64,000 nt of DNA from Planctomycetota bacterium (lineage in GTDB: Bacteria > Planctomycetota > Planctomycetia > Gemmatales > Gemmataceae), in NCBI GenBank assembly GCA_021807595.1, contig JAKBCS010000002.1, positions 2,178-66,177 of the forward strand, written 5' to 3'. Shown piece after piece: positions 8,207 through 19,235 of this stretch. Within the stretch, counting starts at the first letter, position 1, and every line of letters begins with the position of its first letter. The position numbers and the translations under genes are program-made. The notes beneath the pieces were generated by a model, which saw nothing but the letters and a program-made list of their open reading frames with translations, was not told the origin of the DNA and made no database searches.

Positions 8207-10120
8207 ATGAGTACACTCACGCCAGCGGATCGGGAACAGCAGAGCTTTGCCGAAACGGCCCTGAAATTGGCCGGCAAGACCGAAGAGGAAGCGCGTCGAA
8301 CCGGTGCGGTGGACAAGGCCGACGAGCAAGTCGAGTCGTTGTTTAAGCCGCGCTATCAAACGTCCAACAGTCCGGTACACCAAGCCGTGTGGGACGGGCG
8401 AGCGCCGCTCGATCTGTTCGCGCCGCCGCCGTTGGCCGACTCCGCGCCGTGCGATCGCAGCATGGAAGCGTCCTACTCCGTGGTACGCCGTCGCCGCACC
8501 GAAGGCACGATCTACGACGAAAACGGCAAGGTTTCGGCCGAGACGCTGGGTGAGTTGGCTGGAGCCGGCTATTGGGGCATGTTAATCGACCCACGCTATG
8601 GCGGGCAAGGTGCGCCGTTCGCGCGCTTCGGCAACTTTCTTACGCGCATGGCCACGCAAGACGCCATGATCGCCGGTCTGGCCTCGATTCACGGTTGCAT
8701 CGGCGCGGTCGATCCCGTGCGCACCTTCGGCACGCCCGATCAGAAAGAGCGATTCTTGCCGCGCTTGGCCAACGGCGAGGCGCTGTCCGGCTTCGCCCTC
8801 ACCGAGCCGTGCGCCGGATCGGATCTCACCGCTTTGCGGACAACCGCGACTCTCGATGGAGACGATTACGTCGTCAACGGCGAGAAGCTGTTCATCACCA
8901 ACGTCGTTCAGGGACGGACCGCCGGCTTGGTCGTGCTGATCGACGGCAAACCCGCCGTCCTCGTCGTCGATCTACCCCAGCACGAGAACGAACACTTCCA
9001 AATCGTGCCCTACGGTCTCTATGCCCTGCGACACGCCTATAACAACGGCCTGCGCTTCCAGAATTTTCGGGTTCCCAAAGACAATCTGCTCAAACCCGGA
9101 GTCGGCGACGGCTTGACCATCGCCTACCACGGCTTGAACCTGGGCCGCGTGTCGCTGTGCGCCGGCGCGGCGGGAAGCATGCGCGTCATGTTGGCGAACA
9201 TGCTCCCTTGGGCCGAGTTCCGACACACCTACGGCGAGGCCATCGCCAAACGCGAACTGGTGAAGCGACGCATCGCGCGCTTGGCGGGGCTCATCGCCGG
9301 CGCGGACGCTCTGGTGGCCTGGACTTCGTGGCTGATCGACGAGGGGTATCGCGGCGAGATGGAGTGCATCATCGCCAAGATTTTCGGCAGCGAAGCCATG
9401 AAGGAAGCGGCCATCGAACTGTTTATGAAAACGCACGGCGGGCGCTCGTTCCTCAAGGGCCATCTGTTCGGCGACAACGTCTACGACTTTTTAGCACCGT
9501 GCATCTACGAGGGCGAAGGCGAGATGCTGGGCATGGCCTTTTTCAAATCGCTGGTCAAGGAACACGGCAAACGCTTCTTCGAGCCGATCGGCAAAGCGGC
9601 GCAGCGGCTGGGTCTGAAGAAGCCCAATCCGATGAACCCCATGCACGCCTGGAAGCTGCGCAAGGAATTAGCGCCTTATGCACGCTGGAAAGTAGGACAA
9701 ATTCTAACGCGGCCGGATCGCCAGCAAGTGCCGAACATGGACGCGCGCTTGAGCGGCCACGTCGATTTCGCTTTGGAAAACTTTGGGCGGATGCGCGGCG
9801 AAGTGGCCGGAGCGATGGAGAAGTATCAACTCAAACTGGCCGACCGTCAATGCCGTATGGCCGAACTGTCGCAACGGGTGCAGGACAACGTCATCGTTCT
9901 GGTGACGGCGCTCTGGGGGCATCGCCAAGGCAACGAGGCAGCCCTCGCCTCGGCGGACATTCTCTGTCAAGAAATGCGCCGCAGGCTGACGGGCAAACGA
10001 CCGAGCGATGCCTACTACCGGGATGCGAGCAAACTGGCCGATCTGATCCTGGCGGGCGGGTTCGAGACCATCGCCGGCGTGCCGCGCGAGGAAGTGCTAA
10101 TGAAATATGAAAACAAGTGA
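8207..10120 (+). CDS. long acyl-CoA dehydrogenase (FadE-like)
   Basis: The ATG at 8207 is preceded by GGAAGG. ACAD motifs are present (GFALTEPCAGSDL, GEKLFITN, YEGEGEML). The upstream extension of the ORF to 7520 is antisense to the 7414..7821 gene. Confidence 0.9.
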   Translation: MSTLTPADREQQSFAETALKLAGKTEEEARRTGAVDKADEQVESLFKPRYQTSNSPVHQAVWDGRAPLDLFAPPPLADSAPCDRSMEASYSVVRRRRTEGTIYDENGKVSAETLGELAGAGYWGMLIDPRYGGQGAPFARFGNFLTRMATQDAMIAGLASIHGCIGAVDPVRTFGTPDQKERFLPRLANGEALSGFALTEPCAGSDLTALRTTATLDGDDYVVNGEKLFITNVVQGRTAGLVVLIDGKPAVLVVDLPQHENEHFQIVPYGLYALRHAYNNGLRFQNFRVPKDNLLKPGVGDGLTIAYHGLNLGRVSLCAGAAGSMRVMLANMLPWAEFRHTYGEAIAKRELVKRRIARLAGLIAGADALVAWTSWLIDEGYRGEMECIIAKIFGSEAMKEAAIELFMKTHGGRSFLKGHLFGDNVYDFLAPCIYEGEGEMLGMAFFKSLVKEHGKRFFEPIGKAAQRLGLKKPNPMNPMHAWKLRKELAPYARWKVGQILTRPDRQQVPNMDARLSGHVDFALENFGRMRGEVAGAMEKYQLKLADRQCRMAELSQRVQDNVIVLVTALWGHRQGNEAALASADILCQEMRRRLTGKRPSDAYYRDASKLADLILAGGFETIAGVPREEVLMKYENK

Positions 10121-10156
10121 GCGGATCGTGGAACGGGGGAGGGTGACGATCGAACC

Positions 10157-10627
10157 TCACTCTCCCCGCTCCACGAGTCGTTCGTATGCCGAGCCGATAG
10201 CGGTAATCTCGGCCCGGCGCGAAGTTTCCCCTGCGATGTACAGGGCGATGCGCAGATGCTCGGCGGGCAGACAATCGGGTACGCGATCCGCCCACTCCAC
10301 GAGACAGACGCCGCCGCTCTCGAAGTATTCGTGTACCCCCAGGTCGGCGAACTCGGCTTGGGTGTGCAAGCGATAAGCATCGAAGTGATAGATGGGCAGG
10401 CGCGCGGCGTATTCCTGAACCAGTACGAAAGTCGGGCTGGTGACCGCTCGGCTATCGGCGATGCCAAGTCCCTCGGCAATGGCCCGCGCTAAATGCGTCT
10501 TTCCGGCTCCCAATTGGCCGACGAGAGCCACCACCGCTCCCGGCCAGAGACGGTCTCCCAGACGACGGCCAAACGCCACCGTCGACGCGAGATCGGTCAA
10601 CTCCACGGAACAAGATCGGCGGTGCAA
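10157..10627 (-). CDS. tsaE: tRNA t6A37 biosynthesis ATPase TsaE (YjeE)
   Basis: 156-aa ORF with a Walker A motif (GQLGAGKTHLARAI) and the SPTFVLVQEY...YHFDAYRL motifs typical of TsaE. Confidence 0.85.
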   Translation of the reverse strand: MHRRSCSVELTDLASTVAFGRRLGDRLWPGAVVALVGQLGAGKTHLARAIAEGLGIADSRAVTSPTFVLVQEYAARLPIYHFDAYRLHTQAEFADLGVHEYFESGGVCLVEWADRVPDCLPAEHLRIALYIAGETSRRAEITAIGSAYERLVERGE

Positions 10628-11028
10628 TGAGATACAGACTCCACTAGGGCACTCCTGTTATGGTATGGTCGGCGATCGTGCCAGGCTATTGGATGAGTCA
10701 ACGCTGCGGCGACACTTCCTCCCCGTTCGTAGGCCGGTCGCCGAAAGACTCGCCGCACCATGCCGTGGGGTCGAAGCGTATCCGTTCCTCTCCCGTATTT
10801 GCCTCAAGGAGGCTCGACCGAAAAAAATTGAATTCCTCTCTATCCACGGAGGCCGTTGTCTGGTACACTACGGTATTGTGGGCTTTATGGATCGGTCCAT
10901 GGTCGTGATGCTTGCCTCCGCACTGCCATCTCCCATTCTCCTGTCCGAAGTCCAGCGTTAACGTATTGCGGAGCAGGTCATCTTGCAGGATGACGGTGTG
11001 CCTCGCGAGTTCCTTTCCGGAGGCCCTC

Positions 11029-11409
<381 letters not shown>

Positions 11410-11438
11410 ATCGTCTAGGCCCGAATTGGGTCACAGGT

Positions 11439-11494
11439 AGAGCCGGAAGAGTGAGCGGCGGCAGTTTTCCACCGCCGCTTACGCTTCCGGCTCT
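11439..11494. terminator. nested bidirectional hairpin
   Basis: AGAGCCGGAAG pairs with CTTCCGGCTCT and encloses a second stem, GAGCGGCGG pairing with CCGCCGCT. It overlaps the stop codon of the minus-strand gene. Confidence 0.5.
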
Positions 11495-12156
11495 GTCGTT
11501 TCACGCACCAACTCCAACACGCTCCACAGACTCGGATCTTCCGAACACGGAAAGTCACTCCCCACGTTCAGCGATTGTTCCCCCAACTCGCGGTCGTGGA
11601 CGGCAAAGTGCAAGCCCAAACGCGGATTTTGCTCCGGATCGAACCCATGCAGCGCCGCTGCCGACAAAAACACGGCCAAACGATAGCCTCCGGTTCGCGG
11701 TACGCATTGATACATCACGTCGCTCGCCGAAACCGAAGGCGCATCGCCCTGGGCGCGGTTGATCTTGTTTTGTGCAAAGAAGGGTTCGTCTTTCTCGGGG
11801 CCTCCGCCTGCGGCGAGAAAGTGAAACTGATGGCAATAGCGGCTGGCGCGATGACTCGCGCGGGCATCGCGCGTATCGACCCAGACGGTAAAGCCATCCG
11901 AGTCGAGCGGTCGAGCGATCTCGCCGCGCGGCACCTCCACCTTGCCGCGCACCTCGACCTGGAACGCCAAACCGCCCTCGTTCCAAGCGATCCGCACCTC
12001 GGCGAACGAACGCCGTCCGTCCATGTCGGCAAAGCTGTCGATGCGGCAACCGTCCGGTAAATCGAGCAACTCGTCGCTTCCCTCGCGCGGTACATCCTCA
12101 ACGTAGCGACACGGATAGCACACGCGAAAGAGGAAACGATTGGGGATCAAAGACAT
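11479..12156 (-). CDS. hypothetical protein, possibly a CBM9/DOMON-like beta-sandwich
   Basis: The ATG at 12156 gives MSLIPNRF..., about 225 aa. The resemblance to carbohydrate-binding family 9 is weak (IAWNEGGLAFQVEV, FTVWVDTRD, YRLAVFL). Confidence 0.45.
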   Translation of the reverse strand: MSLIPNRFLFRVCYPCRYVEDVPREGSDELLDLPDGCRIDSFADMDGRRSFAEVRIAWNEGGLAFQVEVRGKVEVPRGEIARPLDSDGFTVWVDTRDARASHRASRYCHQFHFLAAGGGPEKDEPFFAQNKINRAQGDAPSVSASDVMYQCVPRTGGYRLAVFLSAAALHGFDPEQNPRLGLHFAVHDRELGEQSLNVGSDFPCSEDPSLWSVLELVRETTEPEA

Positions 12157-12214
12157 GGCAAAGATTCTCCGAGGCATGCGGTGGTTATCAGCCCTCTGGC
12201 ACCCCCGCACTCGC

Positions 12215-13141
12215 CTAGTTGAGCAGGCTGCGTTGCAAGACTTCGCGGGCGCGGTCGAACGTCGGTTGCCACACGATTTCCGGCGTTCCAAGGGCTAAAC
12301 AATCGCGGAGTTTTTCGAGTGTGTTTCTCGCCATGTGCGGGCATTTGTTGCAGGCGCAGGCAATGCCCGGCACCGGATGGTAGCGGTGTTGCGGAAACTT
12401 GCTCTGCATCTGCCACATCATGTTCGCCTCGGTGGCCACCAGAAAATCCCTCGGCTCGGAATATGTGGCCAGATGTTTCAACATCGCCTCCGTACCGCCG
12501 ATGAAGTCGCTGTGTTCGCGGATATTCGCCGGGCATTCGGGGTGCGCCAGCGCGATGGCTTGCGGCAACTTGCGTTTCATCGCCAACAGGTCGCCGACGC
12601 TGAAAATCTCGTGAACAATGCAGCTTCCGTCCCACAAGATCATCTTGCGCCCCGTCACTTCCTGGAGATATTGGCCGAGATGACGATCCGGCACGAAGAG
12701 GATTTCGCAATCGGATGGAACGCGGCGGACGATGGCCTCGGCATTGCCGGATGTGACGACCCAATCGGACAGCGCTTTGACGGCAGCCGTACTGTTAACG
12801 TAGGTCACCGTCTGAAAGCGCCGCCCGTTCTGACGCAAGATTTCTTGATAGCGGGCCAATTTGTCGGCGGGGCAGCTCTCGGCCAAACTGCAACCCGCTT
12901 GCAGGTCCGGCAAGAGAACGCGCTTGTTCGGGTTGAGAATCTTCGCCGTCTCGGCCATGAAATGCACGCCGCACAATACGATCGTCGAACGACTGACTTT
13001 CGTCGCCTCGCGCGCCAATTTCAAGCTGTCGCCGGTGATGTCGGCCAAATCTTGAATCTCGCCGTCTTGATAGTAATGAGCGAGGATGGCGGCATCCCGG
13101 CTTTTTTTGAGGTCGTTTATTTCTTCGATAAGATCGTTCAT
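12215..13141 (-). CDS. nadA: quinolinate synthase
   Basis: It starts [21 protein letters not shown]. Further motifs are VHFMAET, TYVNSTA, HPECP and the C-terminal CACNKCPHM Fe-S Cys motif. Confidence 0.9.
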   Translation of the reverse strand: MNDLIEEINDLKKSRDAAILAHYYQDGEIQDLADITGDSLKLAREATKVSRSTIVLCGVHFMAETAKILNPNKRVLLPDLQAGCSLAESCPADKLARYQEILRQNGRRFQTVTYVNSTAAVKALSDWVVTSGNAEAIVRRVPSDCEILFVPDRHLGQYLQEVTGRKMILWDGSCIVHEIFSVGDLLAMKRKLPQAIALAHPECPANIREHSDFIGGTEAMLKHLATYSEPRDFLVATEANMMWQMQSKFPQHRYHPVPGIACACNKCPHMARNTLEKLRDCLALGTPEIVWQPTFDRAREVLQRSLLN

Positions 13142-13349
13142 GACAAGCAGTCCTTGTTTTTTCGCGTGGCGGAGGACGAACCCACATCCGTTTGTTCTTC
13201 TCTTATTGTACACAAGCTAGGCGAACCGGCAGCGTGGTTTGCCGGTTCGACTTACGCGGCCGGTTCGCCGAGCAGGCGACTCGGCGGCTGGACCCTACAA
13301 TAAGGAACGAGAAGAAAATCGAGGCGCGTTGACGAAGGATAAGCACCTT

Positions 13350-13580
13350 ATGACGGAATCGACGGACGGCGGGACATTGACGCTGCGAAGCGAATACATC
13401 ACGTTGGCTCACGCGGTCAAGGCCGTTGGCTTGGCCGGCACGGGCGGTCAAGCGAAATATCTCGTCCGCGAGGGGCAAGTGACGGTTAATGGCGAGCCGG
13501 CGTTGCAGCCGGGGCGCAAGTTGCGAGCCGGAGATCGGTTTGGCGCGGTGGGAGGGCCGGAGTGGACGATTCTCAGCTGA
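13350..13580 (+). CDS. S4-domain ribosome-associated RNA-binding protein (YbcJ-like)
   Basis: 76-aa product with ITLAHAVKAVGLAGTGGQAKYLVREGQVTVNGEP..RKLRAGD. Its 3' end overlaps the next gene by 19 nt. Confidence 0.7.
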   Translation: MTESTDGGTLTLRSEYITLAHAVKAVGLAGTGGQAKYLVREGQVTVNGEPALQPGRKLRAGDRFGAVGGPEWTILS

Positions 13581-15064
13581 CCGACGCCCTCTCCGGCGCG
13601 CCGCCTCAAGAACCCGATCTCGTGCTGGTGGCCGAAAAGGAAGAACCGGCGGTGGGGCCTCGCCTCGATTTGCATCAATCGACATGGCGATTGGTGCTGG
13701 TTTTGGCGGTTCCAGCCTTGGTTCAACAAATGCTGGTTTTGACCGTCAGCCTGTCGGATCGATGGTTGGCCGGTCACGCCCACGCGCCGGACCCCAACGA
13801 ACAGATCGCCCTGCAAGCGGCGCAGACGACGGCGAACTATCTCGCGTGGTTCATCAGCAGCTACACGGTGTTGGTCGCGGTCGGCAGCACGGCTCTGGTG
13901 GCGCGCGCCATCGGCGCGGGCGATCGGCGCGGCGCGATTCACATTACCAATCAATCGTTCGTGCTGGGCACGATTTTGGGTTTGGGCGGATCGCTGTTGG
14001 CATGGTTCACTTTACCGTCGCTGATCGAATTATTGCAGCTGCGCGGAGCCTCGGCGCGCTTCGCTCTCGCCTATTTGCAGCCGCTGTTCGTCTTACTCGT
14101 CTTTCAGGTAATCGAAGCGGCGGGAATAGCTTGCTTGGTCGGCGCGGGGGACACCTTCACGGGACTCTGGGTGCGCGTGGGAGTGGCCGTGTTCAATGTC
14201 CCCTTGGCTTGGGGGTTCTTCCATGGCTTCGGGCCGATTCCGCCGTTGGGCTTCGTCGGCATCGCGCTGGGCACGGCGGTCAGCAACGTCCTGGGCGCAA
14301 TGGCGGTGACAATCGTGTTGCTGCGCGGCCGGGCCGGACTGCGACTCGAATGGCGACAATGGCGACCCTATTTACTCACTATTCGCCGGCTCTTGCGCAT
14401 CAGCGTACCGGCCGGCGTGGATAGTCTTTCGGTGGCCGTGGGGCAATTGTGGTTTTTGAGCATCATCAATCATCTGGACGATGCGGCCAAGGCGGCGCAC
14501 GGCATCGCTTTGCAATGGGAGGCATTGGGCTATCTCTCCGGCGGTGCTTTCGGGACGGCGGCGATGACGCTGGTCGGTCAGAACCTCGGCGCGAACAATC
14601 CGCGCCGCGCGGCGGCCAGCGGATGGACCGCTTTCGCGCTGGGCGGCGCGATGATGTCGTTCATGGGAGCAGTCTTTTTCACTTTGGCCACTCCCATGTT
14701 TCGCCTGTTCTGCCCCGATGCTGGCCAGCAGCCCATCATCCACGAAGGCGAACGGGTACTGCGTCTCATCGCCTTCGCCATGCCGCCCTTGGCCTCGTGC
14801 ATCATCTTCACCAGTGCCTTGCGCGGAGCGGGCGACACGCGCGTGCCGGTCTTGTTCACCTGGTTTGGCTTCTTCGTTCTGCGCGTCCCGCTCGCCTATC
14901 TGTTGACGCAGCGGGAAATCGATCTGGGGATCTTCGGCGCGGTGCGGGGTTTCGATCTCGGTCTGCGCGGAGCGTGGTGGGCGATGTTCGCCGATTTGCT
15001 GGCGCGAGGCATCTTCTTCTTGGTTCGTTTCGCCGGCGGAAAATGGCGGGGCATGAAGGTTTAA
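13562..15064 (+). CDS. MATE-family efflux transporter
   Basis: 500-aa polytopic membrane protein with 12 hydrophobic segments. The N-terminal half is MATE-like (ALVARAIGAGDRRGA). Confidence 0.85.
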   Translation: MDDSQLTDALSGAPPQEPDLVLVAEKEEPAVGPRLDLHQSTWRLVLVLAVPALVQQMLVLTVSLSDRWLAGHAHAPDPNEQIALQAAQTTANYLAWFISSYTVLVAVGSTALVARAIGAGDRRGAIHITNQSFVLGTILGLGGSLLAWFTLPSLIELLQLRGASARFALAYLQPLFVLLVFQVIEAAGIACLVGAGDTFTGLWVRVGVAVFNVPLAWGFFHGFGPIPPLGFVGIALGTAVSNVLGAMAVTIVLLRGRAGLRLEWRQWRPYLLTIRRLLRISVPAGVDSLSVAVGQLWFLSIINHLDDAAKAAHGIALQWEALGYLSGGAFGTAAMTLVGQNLGANNPRRAAASGWTAFALGGAMMSFMGAVFFTLATPMFRLFCPDAGQQPIIHEGERVLRLIAFAMPPLASCIIFTSALRGAGDTRVPVLFTWFGFFVLRVPLAYLLTQREIDLGIFGAVRGFDLGLRGAWWAMFADLLARGIFFLVRFAGGKWRGMKV

Positions 15065-15085
15065 CAGCGAAGTAGGACGTATTCC

Positions 15086-16543
15086 ATGTCGCAAGTCGAT
15101 CGTACAGAAGACAAACCGGATCGCGGGAGTAGTCCGTTCGCAGCTTGGCTCGTTATCGCCGCGGCGGTTAGTTTTACTCTATGGCGATCCGCAAAAGGCG
15201 CGGTGGCCGACCCGGAGCAATTCGACCTGATGACGGCGACCATGCAAGGACGATTTCTCATCGGCTTCGAGGCTTTATGGCAGCGATCGGCGGGCAATAC
15301 AGTCGACAAGAAGTATCTCTTCCGCCAAGCCAAACAGTCGCTGGACCACAACACCTACGCCCAGAGGCTACGTTTCGTCGTGCTGGCCGGAGAGTTCATG
15401 GGTCCGGCCGAGGCGCTCGAACAACTGCGCATTCTGGACGATGAATACCGTCGCCGGCGCGGCGACCCCCCGCCCGAGGACCGAGAGACCGCCCAATTGC
15501 TCGAAAGACTTTTCATTCTGCGGCAGCGCGACCCGCCGGCACTCGACCAATTTGTCGAACGCGATCGGGATGAGCTGCGCCGCCGTCTGGACTGGTTCGG
15601 CGAATTGGCTCTCGTTCCAGAGGGTGCGAACGAGGGCGATGCGCGCGCGCGGTTCATGGCGTCGGCACTCCGAATTACCGTCGCCTTCGCGGTCGTTGCT
15701 CTCGTCATGTTCGGCTTGGCGCTTGGGGGGTTGATCTCGTTCATCGCGTTGGGAGTGTTGTGGTTCTTGGGAAGGTTGAAGGGCGGACTGGGCACCGGCT
15801 CCGCGCGGGGAGCCATCTATGCCGAGACGTTCGCTCTTTATATGGTGTCGTTTCTCGGATTGAGCAAAGCGGGGCGCTATCTCCTTGATGCGTTCGAGAT
15901 TCGGCAAGGGACACTCGCGCTCAGCGGGATCGTTGCCTCGGCCAGTCTGTTAGCGCTGCTTTGGCCGGTGTGTCGCGGCATCCCGTGGCATCTCGTCTGC
16001 CGGGATATTGGCTGGACGCGCGGACGCGGATGGGGGAAGGACGCGCTGGCGGGGATAGGCGGCTACGCCCTCGCGCTGTCGATGCTGCCGTTGTCGTTGA
16101 TCGCCATGACAATTCTTACCAAGCTGCGCGACGTGCTGGGCTTTGGTCCGGACGAGTTTGGACCGAGCAACGCGCCGGGGCATCCCATCGTATTCGCCGT
16201 GAAGGAATCGGCTTGGTGGGTGTGGCTGGAAGTGCTATTCGTCGCCTGTATCGTGGCTCCGGTGGTCGAGGAGACAATGTTTCGCGGCGTACTGTATCGA
16301 CATTTGCGCGAGGCCAGTTCGCATTGGAAGCCGGCGCTCAGCGTCGCCTTCAGCGCGGTTGCGGTTAGCTTCGTCTTTGCCATCATCCATCCTCAAGGTA
16401 TGCTCGCCGTGCCGGCGCTGATGGGCTTGGCATTTGCCTTCGCGCTGGTGCGCGAATGGCGCGTCTCGTTGTTCCCGGCCATGGTGTCTCACAGTCTAAA
16501 CAATGCAGTCACCACGTTGATGCTCTATCTGATGTTAAGTTGA
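15086..16543 (+). CDS. CPBP (CAAX) family intramembrane glutamic protease with an extended N-terminal domain
   Basis: The C-terminal half carries the three CPBP motifs: VVEETMFRG, FAIIHPQ and SHSLNN. Confidence 0.8.
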   Translation: MSQVDRTEDKPDRGSSPFAAWLVIAAAVSFTLWRSAKGAVADPEQFDLMTATMQGRFLIGFEALWQRSAGNTVDKKYLFRQAKQSLDHNTYAQRLRFVVLAGEFMGPAEALEQLRILDDEYRRRRGDPPPEDRETAQLLERLFILRQRDPPALDQFVERDRDELRRRLDWFGELALVPEGANEGDARARFMASALRITVAFAVVALVMFGLALGGLISFIALGVLWFLGRLKGGLGTGSARGAIYAETFALYMVSFLGLSKAGRYLLDAFEIRQGTLALSGIVASASLLALLWPVCRGIPWHLVCRDIGWTRGRGWGKDALAGIGGYALALSMLPLSLIAMTILTKLRDVLGFGPDEFGPSNAPGHPIVFAVKESAWWVWLEVLFVACIVAPVVEETMFRGVLYRHLREASSHWKPALSVAFSAVAVSFVFAIIHPQGMLAVPALMGLAFAFALVREWRVSLFPAMVSHSLNNAVTTLMLYLMLS

Positions 16544-16555
16544 TCGATTATCGCC

Positions 16556-17908
16556 TCATCCCTCGAACGGCGTGCCGGGAGCATAGTCTTCGTAGCGCAT
16601 GAATTGTTTGAGATAAGCGAGCGTGATTTCGCCGGTCGGCCCATTGCGTTGTTTGCCGATAATCACTTCGGTAATTCCCTCGTGCTGCCCCGGCTCATAG
16701 CGGTCGGGGCGATGCAGCAGCATGACGGTGTCCGCGTCTTGTTCGATGCTTCCCGACTCCCTTAAATCCGCTAAACGCGGTCGATGGTCTTGGCGATCCT
16801 CCGACGAACGATTGACCTGGGCCAGCGCGACCAACGGGATTTGCAACTCCTTCGCCAGCGCCTTGAGCCGCCGACTGATTTGCGCCACCTGCTCCTGACG
16901 CGGATCGCGGCGATTATCCGGCTCGATGAGTTGCAGATAATCGACGACGATAAGTTTGATGCCGTGTTGCAGTTTCAGACGGCGCGAGTTGGCGGCGATG
17001 CGCAACATACTCTGCACCGGCGAATCGTCGATGAACAGTTTGGCACTGCGCAACACGCCGCCGGCGTCGATGAGGCGGTCCATGTCGTCGGAACCGAGCG
17101 TCCCCTTGCGCAGTCGATGGCTGTCTACTTTTGCCTGCGAACAGAGGAGACGCTCGGCCAATTCGATGCGCGACTGTTCCAGGCTGACAAAGAAAACTGG
17201 CTCTCGCTCATCGACGATGACATTGCGGACAATTGCGAGAGAGAAAGCCGTTTTTCCTACCGACGGGCGCGCCGCGACGATGATGAGTTCGCCGTCGTGC
17301 AGTCCCGCCGTGATTTCGTTCAAATCGACGAAGCCAGTGGACAATCCTCCGGCCTTTTGTTTGCCGGTGGCACGGTCGTCGATGCGGCGATAGGTCTCGG
17401 CGATGGCTTGTTCGAGCGTGATCGTCTGGCCGGTGACGCCCATTTGGGCCACATCGAGAATCTTGCGCTCCGCGCCTTCGAGTAACTCCTCGGCGGGTTG
17501 GCTCTGTTCGTAGGCGTCCCGGAGAACCTCGGTGCTGGCGTGGATGAGGTTGCGAACGATGCTCTTGTCGCGAACGATCTTGGCGTAGTAGACCGCGTTG
17601 GCGGCGGTTGGGGCGGCGTCCCAAAGTTCGGCGAGATAGGCGGCGCGGCCCACGTCTTCGAGATGGCCTCGCCTTTGGAGTTCTTCGTGCAGGATGACCA
17701 AATCGACGGGTTGCCCGCCTCGATTGCGCAGGTCGGAAATGGCCTGAAAGATCTTGCGGTGGGCGTCGAGATAGAAGCTCTCGGCGCGTACGATTTGAAT
17801 TACGTCGTCTACGACGGAGTTGTCGCGCAACATGCTGCCCAAGACCGAGCGCTCGGCGTCGAGGTTTTGGGGTGGGAGGCGATCCGATCCGATGAGTTCC
17901 GGCGACAT
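16556..17908 (-). CDS. dnaB: replicative DNA helicase
   Basis: 450-aa ORF with PPQNLDAERSVLGSML at the N-terminus, Walker A (ARPSVGKTAF), LIVVDYLQL and the GSIEQDADTVMLLHR motifs. Confidence 0.95.
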   Translation of the reverse strand: MSPELIGSDRLPPQNLDAERSVLGSMLRDNSVVDDVIQIVRAESFYLDAHRKIFQAISDLRNRGGQPVDLVILHEELQRRGHLEDVGRAAYLAELWDAAPTAANAVYYAKIVRDKSIVRNLIHASTEVLRDAYEQSQPAEELLEGAERKILDVAQMGVTGQTITLEQAIAETYRRIDDRATGKQKAGGLSTGFVDLNEITAGLHDGELIIVAARPSVGKTAFSLAIVRNVIVDEREPVFFVSLEQSRIELAERLLCSQAKVDSHRLRKGTLGSDDMDRLIDAGGVLRSAKLFIDDSPVQSMLRIAANSRRLKLQHGIKLIVVDYLQLIEPDNRRDPRQEQVAQISRRLKALAKELQIPLVALAQVNRSSEDRQDHRPRLADLRESGSIEQDADTVMLLHRPDRYEPGQHEGITEVIIGKQRNGPTGEITLAYLKQFMRYEDYAPGTPFEG

Positions 17909-18006
17909 CGACGCGACCTCCCTGCTGTCGGTGCTTTACGGCATCCCTGCCAGCCCGCGGCGAGAGAACTCTTCCTTGCTTGCGCTGCGGGCTGGTTTGC
18001 ACCCGT

Positions 18007-18501
18007 TTATTTCTGCGACTTGATGACCGCGACCTTTACCTCGGTCTCGATCTCATAGCCCAGATTCAGCTTGATGGCGTACAAGCCGGTCTCCTTGATC
18101 GGTCCCTCCAGCTTAACCATGTCCAGATCGATGGGCATGCCCTTGGACTTAAGCCCTTTGGAGATTTCCGGCGCGGCGACGGAGCCGTAGAGATGGCCCT
18201 CGTCGTTGGCGTTGGCCTCAATCGTGATGCCCGCCATTTTGGCGATTTGTTCGGCCAGCGCTTTCAGGTCGGCAATGCGCGCCTCGCGAGCCTGCCGGAC
18301 GCGGATTTTATAGCGCTCCAACAAGCGGAGGTTGTGTTCGGTTGGAATGGTGGCCATGCCGCGCGGCAGCAAATAGTTGCGACCGTAGCCGGGCTTGACC
18401 TCGACCACATCGCCTTGTTTGCCGAGATAGAGAACATCCTCGGTCAACACCAGCTGCATTCCGCCGTGTTTGCCTTTAAGCATCTGATTGCGCTGTTTCA
18501 T
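18007..18501 (-). CDS. rplI: 50S ribosomal protein L9
   Basis: MQLVLTEDV..LGKQGDVVEVKPGYGRNYLLPRGMA is the L9 N-domain. The true start may be the internal ATG at 18459. Confidence 0.9.
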   Translation of the reverse strand: MKQRNQMLKGKHGGMQLVLTEDVLYLGKQGDVVEVKPGYGRNYLLPRGMATIPTEHNLRLLERYKIRVRQAREARIADLKALAEQIAKMAGITIEANANDEGHLYGSVAAPEISKGLKSKGMPIDLDMVKLEGPIKETGLYAIKLNLGYEIETEVKVAVIKSQK

Positions 18502-18549
18502 CGTGAAATTCCTACCTATCGGTTCTCGCCTAACCCTTGGGGTTCGGTG

Positions 18550-19050
18550 CTAAAACGGGATGTCATCGGGGTTTTCCCCAGACGCTCCCGGCGGCGGTTC
18601 ATCGTAGCCGCTGTTACTGGGATAACTGGGTTCGGGCTTGCGTGCGGGAGGAGGCGACGGTGCCCGTTGCGACCGCATTCCTCCATCTCCACCATCGGCG
18701 CGCGCTTCGAAGAATTGGAAGTCGTCGAGAACGATGGTCAGTTTGGTTCGTTTCGATCCGTCGTTCTTATCCTGCCACTGATCGAGACGTAGATGTCCTT
18801 CCAAGTAGAACTGCGACCCTCTTTTGAAGTATTGCTCCACTTGATCGGCAAGTTGCCGTCCCGTTTGACGATTAAATGCCTCAATGTCCAGAAAAACCGG
18901 CTCGTCTTCCCAATTTCCGGTCTGCTGGTTCTTCTTGCGGTTGTTGACGGCAAAGCCAAACTTGGCGACTTTGCCGCCGTTGGAGAACGTCCGGATCTCC
19001 GGATCGCGCGTCAAACGTCCGATCAGCATCACTTTGTTGAGGTTTGCCAT
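18550..19050 (-). CDS. ssb: single-stranded DNA-binding protein
   Basis: MANLNKVMLIGRLTRDPE is the OB fold. It also has a Gly/Pro-rich tail ending in the acidic tip DDIPF. Confidence 0.95.
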   Translation of the reverse strand: MANLNKVMLIGRLTRDPEIRTFSNGGKVAKFGFAVNNRKKNQQTGNWEDEPVFLDIEAFNRQTGRQLADQVEQYFKRGSQFYLEGHLRLDQWQDKNDGSKRTKLTIVLDDFQFFEARADGGDGGMRSQRAPSPPPARKPEPSYPSNSGYDEPPPGASGENPDDIPF

Positions 19051-19235
19051 GGGGGCATCTCCTGCACGAGAGAACCCGTCGCCCGGGTCTCACCATTCGA
19101 TCCACTAGAACGCCAACGAAGACTATACATCCGTTTGGTAAGCGAATACAAGCTCCGTAGCCGGAATCGGGACGTATCCATCACTCTGGAGGACCGTGCA
19201 AACCCCAAAGCTGGCTCAATTTCGCTCCAGCGAGT